A stretch of 64,000 nucleotides of DNA from Octopus sinensis (Eukaryota): assembly GCF_006345805.1 (NCBI RefSeq), contig NC_043003.1, positions 95,666,001-95,730,000 on the forward strand, given 5' to 3'. The notes beneath the pieces were generated by a model. That model was not told the origin of the DNA. It saw only the letters and a list, made by a program, of their open reading frames with translations, and ran no database searches. The translations under genes were made by a program, and so were the position numbers. Below, piece after piece: positions 26,956-39,289 of the stretch (position 1 is the stretch's first letter; every line of letters starts with the position of its first letter).

Positions 26956-28127
26956 AAGAAAGCAGGTACTGGAGTTAATATAATCAACTATACCCTTCAC
27001 CCGTGAAGTTAGTGCTCCCAGAATACCAACAACTGAGTTAGAGAAATCAGTAAAATAAAAATCAACTAGTTAAACACGGAACTACGAAAACATTCATATA
27101 TGCCTGTAGATAAATTTACTGTTGCATTCACCATATAGGATCAATTTGTTGATCCCCGATTAGAACAACATTTGTTGGACAGACTTAACCTCCACTTGTA
27201 TCTTTACAATTCATAATTCAACCTCAATAGCAAAATTTATCTTAATGATCTAAATGTAAGTTGTCTACTGAGAGCCATGTTAGGTCTACATAGCCTACTA
27301 GTTAAACTTATCTACACTGCATTTACAATAATAGAGTTACGTGGATCTACTTTACAAAGCAAGACTTTTCAATCAATTTTCAAGGTTCTCTATTCTACCT
27401 ATACATATATTAAATAGAAAAAGTTATAAAGCATTAGTATATATAATAGCTGAAAAGATAATTTTTGTTTAACTGGGCCACAAAGATGTAAAATATAACT
27501 AAAAAAACAATTGAACTTTTCATGAAATATTTCCTATAAAGAAATAAGTACTAGGCTTACAAAGAATAAGTCCTGGCGTTGATTTGCTCAACTAAAGGCG
27601 GTGCTCCAGCATGGCCACAGTCAAATGACTGAAACAAGTAAACGAGTAAAGAGTATATCGTGGACAATTCAGTTAGAAAAGCATCTAAGAATTGTTGTTT
27701 TAAAACAACTTTAATAAATAAGAATCAGAGACATGGTACATGTGTGTGTTTGTATTCAAGTATTTCCCACAAAACCAGTGATTAACATACAGGGTTACTA
27801 GCCAATAAAACATATTCACAGGGCAGATCATTCAACATGCTTCAGTTTGATGATCTGAATCAGAAGTATCACTCATTATGAAGGGGATCCAGTTGTAAAT
27901 ATAACACAATAATTTCATTAATACAAGCAATTCATTAGAGAATATCCAACAAACGTTAGTATATCAAAGAGGTATAAAAATGTACTTTTAGTCTTTGCTG
28001 TGGGATGTACCTGCTAACTAAATGATCAATTAAGATGGTTCGTTCATTTTTGTATTAAAACTAATTATAGAACATTCTCTTCAAATCTTTTGACACCAAC
28101 CCAGTGAAACCACTCTTAGTTCTATAA

Positions 28128-28320
28128 TGCAAGCTTTTTACCTCCGCCAAGAAAGGAAGTTATGTTTTCATTGGCATTGGTTTGTCTGTCTGTGTGCAAA
28201 ATAACTCAAAAAGTTGTGAACGGTATTTGATGAAACTTGCAGGAAAAGTTGGTAATGACACAAGGAACAGATAATGAAATTTTGGTAGTGATCCGGGAAT
28301 TTTTATGGATTCTTGTCTTA
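28128..28320 (+). mobile_element. Helentron-associated (HINE/DINE-like) non-autonomous element, partial
   Basis: TTTTTACCTCCGCCAAG...GTTATGTTTTC...GTTTGTCTGTCTG...ATAACTCAAAAAGTTGTGAACGG...TTTGGTAGTGATCCGG, an architecture recognised from such elements in other animals. Confidence 0.5.
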
Positions 28321-29384
28321 AAATGATTTAAATTAACGCTTCCCATCAAAATTTCATGTAAATTTATGTTCCAAACACCAACTTAATAATGACAAAATCT
28401 ATGGATTTGTTTTGCAAGATTCTTGATGTGAAAGCATGTGTTGAAGCAAATATTGTTATATTTCGGGGTGGTCATTTTTTCCCTTGCAAAATATGAATGG
28501 ATTAAACAGAACAGGAGGAGACAAGTGGGATGGAAGAGATGCTGAAGAGGTCACAGGTGTGTGATGTAAGATTTTCTGACAACTTCATTGTCAGAACCTT
28601 TAACACTACACCTCCATCAGAGAGGAAACTCCCATGATAAAACACACTTATGTTTCTCAGCAAGAGAAACAAAAAGATAAATTAAGTCAGTCAGTCCACA
28701 TTTACCATTTAAAAGAAATTGAGGTCCCTACTTGAAAGGACTGGCAGAGTTGGTAAAGAAATGGTATTTAATTTGCATGCGATCTTTTGTGTTCTACATA
28801 CAATTTGTTGAGGGAGACTTTGCTTTCAGGGTTCAATGAATGAAATATCAACCGAACTCTGAGATCAATATAAGCAACCGTTCCTGTGACCATGTGGCCT
28901 TGCACACAAGTTAGAAATCAATATTCAAAAGGTAATTGTATATTATTCACTTGAAATTATAAAAATGAGCATCAATGAAGATCAGCAATAATTAATTGCT
29001 CTCACTACTATTAAATAAAATCAGCTTAGACAGAAGAAAGAAATTAATAAGAGTAACTGACACAAAAATAAATGGGAAAGAAACCCAGTGGTCATTGTCT
29101 AGTAAAGATGTCTATACTTGTTATATTACGGCTGTAGAGATACCCAACTAGATGTGATATATAAGTTATCAGTGTCCAAAACTATTTGCTAATGACTGTC
29201 ACTAGTTTCCTCAAACTCTGTTGTTTTATTTGTTGAAAAGAAGTCAACTGTAGACAATGCTTCATAACATTACTTTTCAGAAATCACTTTAGGTTAATTT
29301 AGAAAATGAAAGATTGATAGCTTTTTCTCATTGTTATACCATTTTACATTAATTTTTCATTGTAATATAAATGGATGAAATCAT

Positions 29385-29900
29385 TGTCATCGTCATCATC
29401 ATCTTCATCATCATTACTTTAATTTCCTTTTCCCCATGCTTGCATGGGTCGGAGAGAATTTGTTGAGGCAAATTTTGGCTGGATGCCCTTCCTGTCACAA
29501 ACACTCACCTGTTTCTACAGTAACTAAGGTGATATTTCCTTGTGGCCAAACACGTTTTTCATGAAATGACATCACTCGTACAATGGCAGCACTCATCTAC
29601 AACTAACATTTGATGCCAAGACAAGGAGATACATACACACATACACATGCATGCACGCATACACATATACATGTGTATGCGTGCATGCATGTGTATGTGT
29701 TGTGTCTATTACACACACACATGCGCACACATATATATGAAGGGTGTTTTTCAGTTTCCATCTACCTAACTCGCTCACAAGGCTTAGACCAGCCCATAGT
29801 TATACTAGAAGACACTTGCCCGAGGTGTCATACAGTCAGTGAGACTGGACCCAATCTCACGTGGTTGTGAAGTAAATTTCTCAACCACACAGCCATGCCT
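29385..29900 (-). mobile_element. SINE family D, full length
   Basis: A-type head at 29750-29900, microsatellite, D module and (GAT)n tail. Confidence 0.75.
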
Positions 29901-30248
29901 TTGACAGATGTTTTTCAAAAATTTTAGGGTTTTTGCATAAAACATCAAAGCAACTGTTTCAGCTGCATTCTGAAACATGGAGTTAAGAGTGGAATGTTGG
30001 CGTTAGTTAAATATGGACTAAACAGAACTATGTGACTTGCCTTCAAAACATGACTTAGAATGCACAAGTTTTGATTTTGTAGCTAAGACTGTGAAGGTAC
30101 AGAGTTTGAAGTTTATTTTTTTATCATTTCTTTTCCTTCTGTGAAAGAAAGGAAATGATAAAATCTCCAAGATTATATCATTTTCAACATTTTTTTCATC
30201 TCCCCCACAATTTATTATTATTATTATATTATTATTATTATTATTATT

Positions 30249-30755
30249 GAGTGAGAGAGCAGTGTATGCCATCAAAGTGACACCGTGGTAAAATATACAA
30301 AACCCATCATGACTACCAGTCTGATAAGGATATACCAAGCATCACAACCATATGTGCACAACATGGTGATCTTATATCAAGATAAACAGCATATAACCTT
30401 GCAGATAGAGTGCAGTTAGAATTTTATTCAGGTCGAGTATCCCATCCTGCTCAAAAGGTCCCTGAATAATGGTTGTTTAAGGATGTTGAAAGAAACATCC
30501 ATGTTATCAGAGGTGAATTCTTCTGAATGCATGGTTATGATGCTCCCCCACTACTTCTGCTCATAATCAGAGATGCACATATTGTCAGCCACCAAGGGAC
30601 ATGTTCAACTGGTTACAGTCGAACAACTGACAAGCAAATCTGTCAGAATATTTGATGTAGCCCGTCTTTTATACCAAGACAAAACATGTATAACACTGCC
30701 AATCAGTTAAGATCAGAAGTCATGAGAGACAGTGCCCAGTACTGCATCAGGGCAT
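30249..30755. mobile_element. About 510-bp interspersed element in (ATT)n, copy 1 (internally deleted)
   Basis: Colinear with 30794-31349; (ATT)n on both sides. Confidence 0.8.
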
Positions 30756-30793
30756 TTATTATCATTATTATTATCATTATTATTATTATTATT

Positions 30794-31349
30794 GAGTGAG
30801 AGAGCAGTTCATGCCATCAAAGTGACACTGGGGTAAAATATACGATGCCCAATATACCCATCATGACTACCCGTCTGATAAAGGTACACCAGGCACATGC
30901 ATCACAACCATATGTGCGCGACATGGTGATCTCATATCAAAATAAACAGCACATGACCTTGCAGGTGGGGCCCAGTTAGAATTTTCTTCAGGTTGAGTAG
31001 CCCATCCCGCTCAAACAGTCCCTGAATAAGGGTTGTTTAAGGATGTTGAATGAAACACCCATGTTTCCAGAGGTGAATTATTCAAACCCCAAAGAATCCC
31101 TCTCAACACATGGCTATGATGCTCCCCCACTACTTCTGCTCGTGATCAGAGATGCACATATCGTCAGCCACTAAGGGACATGCTCAACTGGTCATGGTCA
31201 AACAACTGACAAGCAAATCTGTGGTATTGAGCAGAATATTTGCTGTAGCCCATCTTTTATACCAAGACAAAACAATGTACATGATAACACTTCCAATCAG
31301 TTAAGATCAGAAGCCATGAGAGCCACTGCCTGGTACTGCATCAGGGCAT
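30794..31349. mobile_element. About 560-bp interspersed element in (ATT)n, copy 2
   Basis: Runs GAGTGAGAGAGCAG...TGCATCAGGGCATT; same orientation as copy 1; no ORF. Confidence 0.8.
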
Positions 31350-31774
31350 TTATTATTATTATTATCATTATTATTATTATTATTATTGAATTTGACTTAA
31401 CCACAGATAAATATTATTTATTTGATCTTTGTTGTTATCAACCTCCACATTGTTTCACGTTTCATGAGACAGTATCCTGCTTTTAAGGTCTTTGATCTCT
31501 ATAGCTTCTAAACATATTTCCTGATAAATCATACTCTCTTTGAGGTTAAACTTTTGCTTTTATTGTTATGTTTTAATGGCAGATCATGTATGGAATCAAA
31601 GTTAAATAATCGGGCACCATCTTTCAAGAGACACAGTTAAGCTTTAGGGAGAAAAAGAGCAAAAAGATTTTTTTTTTAAAATTGAATATTAAACAGTGAT
31701 AACTGAATTTATGAGAATATCTTCAGTGCCATGTGCATGAAAAGACAGTTGTTGCCAAAACATACAAATTTTGC

Positions 31775-32580
31775 AGGTGTAGCTGAGTGGTAAGAATTTT
31801 GCTTTCCAACCACATGGTTCCTGTTTCAGTCCAGCTACATGGCACCTTGGGTGTCTTATACTATAGTCCTAGGCTGACCAAAGGCTTGTGAGTGGATTTG
31901 GTAGATGGATACAGAAAGAAGCCCATCATGTGTGTGTGCATGTGTGTGTGTGTGTGTTTGCGTAAGTGTGTCTTTAATAGATGGAAACTGAAAGAAGTCC
32001 ATCATGTAAACATGTGTGTGTGTGAATTTGTGTATGTGTGAGTGTGTGCTGTGCATGTTTGTGTCTCCCTGTCTTGACATTGTGTGATAGTTGTGAAATG
32101 GCTGTCACTGTCATACAAGCAGCGTCATTCATTTCCAATATACTGCAAGAATATATCTGACCATGGAGTAACATTATACACACTTGCTTGGAAACAAGTG
32201 AGGGCTGGCAACAGGAAGGGCATCCAGCTGTAGATACTCTGTCCAACCCATGCAAGCATGGAAATCATCATCATCGTTCAACGTCCGTTTTCCATGCTAG
32301 CATGAGTTGGACGGTTCGACCAGGGTCTGGGAAGCCGGGAGGCTGCACCAGGCCCAGTCTGATCTGGCAGTGTTTCTACAGCTGGATGCCCTTCCTAACA
32401 CCAACCACTCCATGAGTGTAGTGGGTGCTTTTTACGTGCCAGAGGAGGCTGGCAATGGCCATAATCAGTTGGTGCTTTTTACATGCCACTGGCACAGAAG
32501 CCAGTCAAGGCATCAGCCACATTTGGATGGTGCTTTTTACGTGCCACTGGCACAGGTATCACAACTGCAATTTCCAGGAC
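31775..32580. mobile_element. SINE D (31775-32265, plus) tail-to-tail with RTE 3'-UTR C (32266-32580, minus)
   Basis: Opposed CCATGC(A/T)AGCATGG tails meet at an (ATC)n tract. Confidence 0.8.
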
Positions 32581-32664
32581 ATTAAAATAATGATGATGAG
32601 TTACCTTGTTATTTTTTTTTTTTTTTTTTTTAGAAAGTATCAGACTATGAGCAAGCTTGCATAC

Positions 32665-32841
32665 AATTAGTCACCTGCCGTGTTCTGAATAATAATTCAA
32701 CCAAATCTATGGACAACAAACCCCTTACCAGCTTTAAGATATAGAGTACATATTTTACATAACCACAAATAAATGTTGAATAGCTGTGACTTGGTAGATC
32801 ATCAGATGCTGAGATTTAATGCAAGCTGACATTCTATTGGC
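32665..32841. repeat. Left arm of a 177-bp long-range inverted duplication
   Basis: Reverse complement of 37085-37261 with 4 mismatches by manual alignment. Confidence 0.95.
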
Positions 32842-33071
32842 TCCTTTCAGTCAGAGTTGATAGGGGTTACTCAATAACATAAAGCAGCAGAATTTTAAAT
32901 CAGGAACTTTAAATCAATGTTTTGATACCTAATCTACCGATCCAGCAAACGTAACTATTGACTTTTACAGGGAATCAAAACATATTAAAAACTAATATGG
33001 TGGGTTTGACCATTTTACATTCAGAGAAACTGAAACTCCACAGGATTAGATTAATGATTCTGAAGAATCAT

Positions 33072-33525
33072 ACAGGTGCTGGAGTGGCTATAGATTAGGG
33101 AAGCCTGCTTCACAGTCATGTGGTCTCGGGTTCAGGTTCATATTGTTCCCAGAGCGACACTTTGAGTAAGTTGTCTTCAACTATAGCACTAAGCCAAGCA
33201 AAGCCTTACAAGTGGATTCGGTAAACAAAAGCTGAAAAAAGTTCATCGTTTATATGCATATCTTGCCAGCATGTGCATGTGTGTTTGGGTGTCCTCTTGT
33301 CTTTACATCACATGTTAACAGTGAATAAGCATTACCATCATACAAACAATTATGTTGGTTTTCAGTCTTCCATGGAAAACATATTTGGCTATGAGAAATA
33401 TTAACTAGCTTAGAAACAGGAGAGGATTGGTGACAGGAAGGGCATCAGGAATTAGAAAATTTGCCTCAACACACTTCGTCTTGCCCATGCAAGCATGGAA
33501 AAGTGGGCTTTAAATGATGATGATA
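33072..33525 (+). mobile_element. SINE family D, decayed
   Basis: A-type head, D module, GGAAGGGCATC and (GAT)n tail. Confidence 0.7.
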
Positions 33526-34304
33526 TGCATTTAGGGTAATTTCACTCTGAACAGTTTCTGTTGATCTACACACAATGCACAGGGGTACAACTGTCCATAT
33601 ATCAAGTATAAAACAGGTCTTTCTTCCTAATAACTAAGACATTATTTGCAACACACCACACCCATTAGCTTGTCACTGCTGTGCCCTTCTATTATTACTG
33701 CTATAATAAAAGTCTCTACTCTTCAGAATTTAGCAATTGTGTATCACCCAATGTACCTATTTCCCTTGTTCTTAACACCCTCTAGACTACAGAATCATCT
33801 TGTAAACTCACTACTAACTTCTTTTCCTAACCTCCCCTCTCAAGAAATGCACCATAACAACTCCCAAAACAAAACAAAAAAAAGTTAACCAGAAGTTAAT
33901 CAGGTCATATATCAACCTCACACACCTGAGAAAGCTTACAAAGGTTATGGGCACTTAGCTTCTTTCTTAAACTCATAAAATGGGTTTAATAATAATAATA
34001 ATAAATGAACAAAGGAGAGCAACTAACTTTACAGACAAATGAACTACAGTCAGCAACAATTCAGAGTCAACAGCCTACTATCAAACTCTACCCACTGGCT
34101 ATCAATGCACTTTGCCCCTCTGAACTTGTTGACTGAATACTGCACCCCCCCTAAACTCATTCAGTGCACTCTCCACATATCCACATCACATTCCACTGCA
34201 TGTCACTCTGTCTATTTTCACTTCCTAAACAACTGCCTTCTTCTCAACTCCGCACCCATCCTTCCCTACGTATTCTAATAATTCATATTGATAATTTACT
34301 TATA

Positions 34305-34467
34305 GGCGCAGGAGTGGCTGTGTGGTAAGTAGCTTGTTTACCAACCACATGGTTCCGGGTTCAGTCCCACTGCGTGGCACCTTGGGCAAGTGTCTACTAC
34401 TATAGCCTCGGGCCGACCAAAGCCTTGTGAGTGGATTTGGTAGACGGAAACTGAAAGAAGCCCGTCG

Positions 34468-34510
<43 letters not shown>

Positions 34511-34712
34511 TTGTGTTTGTCCCCCTAGCATTACTAGACAACCAATGCTGGAGTGTTTACGCCCCCGTCACTTAGCGGTTCGGCAAAAGAGACCAATAGA
34601 ATAAGTACTGGACTTACAAAGAATAAGTGCCGGGGTCGATTTGCTCGACTAAAGGCGGTGCTCCAGCATGGCCGCAGTCAAATGACTGAAACAAGTAAAA
34701 GAGTAAAAAGAG
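34305..34712 (+). mobile_element. SINE family A, young full-length copy
   Basis: Retains most CpGs; near-identical to 60988-61394 and to the minus-strand copy at 38082-38460. Confidence 0.92.
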
Positions 34713-35527
34713 TTATAATACTGACCTTATTTACAGGTCCTTTTCTTCAGAGCTAAGCGCCTAAAAAACATCTTGTGGGTAATATTCTTTCTCCACATAT
34801 TATCACTAGCAAGCCCTAGTACATCATAATTGAAAACAGCTTCAGTTGTGCCCCATTCTTAACAATAACATCAGATCATAACCCTAACCCTAACCCTCTA
34901 AGCATTCTTTTACTTGGTTGTTTTGTTAAGCTCCTTTCTGTCACAGGTAGAGGCATTGGGCTTTGGTAGAATAAGTACAATGGGCTGTGTTCTACCTCCA
35001 TATTCTGGTGGATTTTCCAGGAGTCCTGTGAAACAAGGTTTTTACAATCAATAACCTTAATTATGGTGACAACCTCACAATAATGAGCAACAACTATAAG
35101 GATGTCTAATTAGTTGTTGAATGAGTTACTTTGTTGGAAAGAAAATCAGTATGTACACATTGCATGTTAAGAAGAAAATTAATACAGTCAAGGCAAATAT
35201 TGTATCCATTGGCATCTCATCCTCTAAAAGGGGTCTGTCATACTCAAGAGTGAGATTTTTCAAGAGGTTGATCAATTTAAATTGATTGGCCAGGTTAAAG
35301 ATGAGCTATGTGTCTGTCTCAAATGTAGAGGTAGTGCATTCTTTCATTTTCAAAATCTCTGGGTTAAAGAGTCACACTTTGGATTTCACGACAAACTCCG
35401 AAGTTCACCATCACTGTTACATTAATTCCCTTCAACAACTCATACTCAAAAAGCACTTCATTTGGTCATTCATTACCCTCCACAATGCAATTGATCCAGA
35501 GCCCTGCAACAGATGAAGAAGACTTAT

Positions 35528-35757
35528 AGGCACAGGAGTGGCTGTGTGGTAAGTAGCTTGTTTACCAACCACATGGTTCCGGGTTCAGTCCCACTGCGTG
35601 GCACCTTGGGCAAGTGTCTTCTACTATAGCCTCAGGCTGACCAAAGCCTTGTGAGTGGATTTGGTAGACGGAAACTGAAAGAAGCCCGTCGTATATATAT
35701 AAATATATATATATGTGTGTGTGTGTTTGTATGTCTGTGTTTGTCCCCTTAGCATTG
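35528..35757 (+). mobile_element. SINE family A, 5' half
   Basis: Near-identical to 34305-34530. Confidence 0.88.
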
Positions 35758-36613
35758 CAGCTAAAAGCATAAATTAGTCAAATCTTGAATGGACATCTGG
35801 TCCTTTTGTGTATAGTGTCCACCATAGGGATCATTGATGGTTTCACATAAGTCATTTGTGACCACCTCATATGAACTGGCTTTTTCGTTTTGCAGGTACA
35901 AGTAACTTTAAAATCCTTTTAAATAAATTTTTAAACCTAGTATAAAACCAGCTTAAATGAAGAAATTTTTGCTGATGATATAATGTTACAGAGTTGTTAA
36001 AACACAACTGTTAAGAGCACTGCCCAAGTATTCTGACCATTCTTCAAAAATACTTCAATGTGTTCTATTTATTAGACACACGTAGTAACTAAAACCTTTG
36101 TAGTAATCCTGGACATTTTAACAGGTCTCTCACAATTTTTACATATCTAAAGGGCTCGAGGGGCAGCTGTTCCTATTATGTTATTTAGGAGGAGAACTAC
36201 GACAGTGCTAACAAGCAAGTGGCATTTAATATATTTCCAGAAACTATCACGCAGTTGTTGAGTTGTTTTTAAAATATGTTTCAACTTCATACACATTTAT
36301 GGTAGGGTGTGGTATAACTTACAAAAGTCAAACTAAGTTACAAAAACAAAATTAATTTCAGCATAGTATTCATCCTAATACACAAAAGGGTGTGTAATAT
36401 GGTAAAAAGAAAAAAGCTTTCCAAAATAGATTATTTACAACTGTTGATTTTCTTTTTTTCTTTTTTTTTCTTGTTTCTTAACTCTGGGTTTTTTATGAAA
36501 ACATAAATCCCAACGGTGTTGTTACATTGAAGCAAAATCAGAAACCATTTCAGAAATAGTGAAAATATCTGAAGAAACTTATCAGTTAAATCAAGATACT
36601 TTATATAACTTAC

Positions 36614-36683
36614 AATAAGGATATAGAAATAGAATTTTACAAAAATTGTTGTAATAATGCTGGAAAGAAATGATTATCATAAG
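36614..36683 (-). other. Candidate 70-nt spliced exon of the presumed minus-strand host gene (product unknown)
   Basis: Strong acceptor TTTTCTTTTCTCCTCATTTTCAG and donor ATT|GTAAGT; one open frame (LMIIISFQHYYNNFCKILFLYPY) with no recognisable homology. Confidence 0.25.
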
Positions 36684-37084
36684 CTGAAAATGAGGAGAAA
36701 AGAAAACCCAAGCAGTTAATTTTACAACTCAAAACATGTTTACATAACTCTCGTTTTATTCCTATTTTTCTTTGTTTTCAATTTCCAAAATATTTAATGT
36801 AAGAAGAATAAAAACAAAATCTCTGGTAGCAACAACCATCATTTTAACAACTATAAACATAACAACCCCAATTAGCAGTAATCTCAGTAATTATCAACTC
36901 AACGTTAATAATGGTTAACAAAACTACTGGTTAAAATTAATTAACATAGCTAGTTATTGATTACAATTGTGAAAGATTTAGTAATCACAGGCAGAGAAGT
37001 TTACCAGGCTGCTTCTGTTGTGGCCATATTAAGTTTCTGCTCACACTTTACTCGCATCAAACTTAAGTACTTTAAAAGTTTGGG

Positions 37085-37261
37085 GCCAATAGAATGTCAG
37101 CTTGCATTAAATCTCAGCATCTGATGATCTACCAAGTCACAGTTATTCAACATTTATTTGTGGTTATGTAAAATATGTACTCTATATCCTAAAGCTGGTA
37201 AGGGGTTTGTTGTCCATAGATTTGGTTGAATTATTATTCAGAACAGGGCAGGTGATTAATT
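37085..37261. repeat. Right arm of the 177-bp long-range inverted duplication
   Basis: See 32665-32841. Confidence 0.95.
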
Positions 37262-37779
37262 TAAATGCATTCATACAAAATTTCAAGTGAATGATTTGTG
37301 TTGAATGTCTTGTATTAACAGACATCATTCACTTGCTTTACATCTAATTTTACCATGCTAGCATGAGTTGGATGGAAACTTATTGAAGGTAGCATTTTAA
37401 GCCATTCCTATTGCCAACCTCTGCCTGTTATTTAGGTAAAGGATCTATAATTCCTCTTGTCTTCAAAAGCATAGAGCAATGAAATATTATGTTAACAATG
37501 TAAACACTACATTACTGTTTTGCATGGGTGTGGACATGAATATGTGGAATTTGAGACACACACAGAAATATACATATATTTGATAGGCTCCCTTACAATT
37601 TCTATTTACAGCCCCACTCACAAGGCACTAGTCAGCCTCAGGCTGACTAGTGCCCCGGAAGACATTTTCTCTGAGAGTCACTAGTGAGATATAACTGGAA
37701 ACGACATAGTTGAATTGTATCCACACAACCATGCCCATACCTATATGTGTTTCTATGTGCCCGTGTGGTGTCATATAAA

Positions 37780-38460
37780 GGCACCTGCGCAGCATCACAT
37801 AACAGCACTCATGTGACACCCTTTAAAAACGCCTGTGCAGTGCCACGTAAAAGCACCCAGTACACTCTGTAAAGTGGTTGGTATTAAGAAGGGCATCTAG
37901 CCATAAAAACCATGCTAAACCAGACAATCAGACTTGAGTCTGGTGCAGCTCCCCAACTTGGCAGCTCTGGTCAAACTGTCCAACCTATGCCAGCATGGAC
38001 AACGGACATTAAATGATGATGATTATATATATATATACACACAAAATTTAGAGGACTGATTAATATCAATTTCTACCCTTACTCTCTCTTTTACTTGTTT
38101 CAGTCATTTGACTGTGGCCATGCTGGAGCACCGCCTTTAGTCGAGCAGATCGACCCCAGGACTTATTCTTTGGAAGCCTAGTACTTATTCTATCGGTCTC
38201 TTTTGCCGAACTGCTAAGTTACGGGGACGTAAACACACTAACATCGGTTGTCAAGCGATGGTGGGGGGACAAACACACCCACCCACACACATATATATAT
38301 ATATACACATATATACGACGGGCTTCCTTCAGTTTCCGTCTACCAAATCCACTCACAGGGCTGAGGCTATAGTAGAAGACACTTGCCCAGGGTGCCACGC
38401 AGTGGGACTGAACCATGTGGTTGGTAAGCAAGCTACTTACCACACTGCCACTCCTATGCC
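37780..38460. mobile_element. RTE 3'-UTR C (37780-38025, plus) and young SINE A (38082-38460, minus)
   Basis: Similarity to other copies in the window. Confidence 0.85.
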
Positions 38461-38583
38461 TTATTTAATTATATATATATATATATATATATACACAAAA
38501 TTTAGAGGACTGTTTAATATCAATTTCTACCCTTATTTAATTTTGATGATGATGATGATGATGATGATATATATATATATATA

Positions 38584-38790
38584 CTACTGTGTCTGGGGAG
38601 AGTCATTTTTTTTTTGTGCCTTATTATGTAACACACTCACCGGTAAAATTTCCACGTTTTTCATATTTTTATTGTCCTAAAATTTTTGCTGCGTCTTGCA
38701 ACCTTTTCAAATGTCTCTCTCCAGAGACAATAGTATATGCTTCAACACACGAACTCATATAAAGAATCTTGCAAACCAAATCCAAAAACG
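38584..38790 (+). mobile_element. Palindromic MITE-like family, internally deleted copy
   Basis: Left arm and 3' extension match 60116-60427; its left end is the reverse complement of 60345-60370. Confidence 0.8.
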
Positions 38791-39004
38791 AAATATATAT
38801 ATACACATACATACATACATACATACATACATACACTCACACCGGATGTTCTCAAAACAATATATACAAGCTTTAACAGCTGATAACTCAATTTTCATTT
38901 CCTTTTACATTTAACTTATTAGAAATAATGAAGGAAATTGGACTAAGCTTTGAACAAAGGAAATTTATCCTTAAGTGCTATTGGAAGTTAGCAAATGCAA
39001 TAAA

Positions 39005-39235
39005 AGTGCAATGGCAGTTTAGGAGGGAGTTTCAAATAAATTCACCTGCTTGGCTCCCTATCATTTAAATTAGAGATAAGTTTGAAGCAGATGTAGCTGC
39101 TCAGAATGTTCACAAGAAATGTTCTAAAAGATCGTGTACATCAACAAGCCCCTCAAAGTAAGGAAAGATAGTAGAAGCATATTGCCAGAGTTCAAGAAAA
39201 TTTGTGCGACAAGCAAATTGTGAGATAGGAATTTT
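39005..39235 (+). pseudogene. Tc1/mariner transposase N-terminal (HTH) remnant
   Basis: WQFRREFQ...IRDKFEADVAAQNVHKKCSKRSCTSTSP resembles the 'IRDKFE.TG.V.D..RSGRP.T' HTH region. Confidence 0.45.
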
Positions 39236-39289
39236 CAAAATCAGTATACTGTGACCTTTGGGCATATACCGTGCTTGAAAAGACCCATC

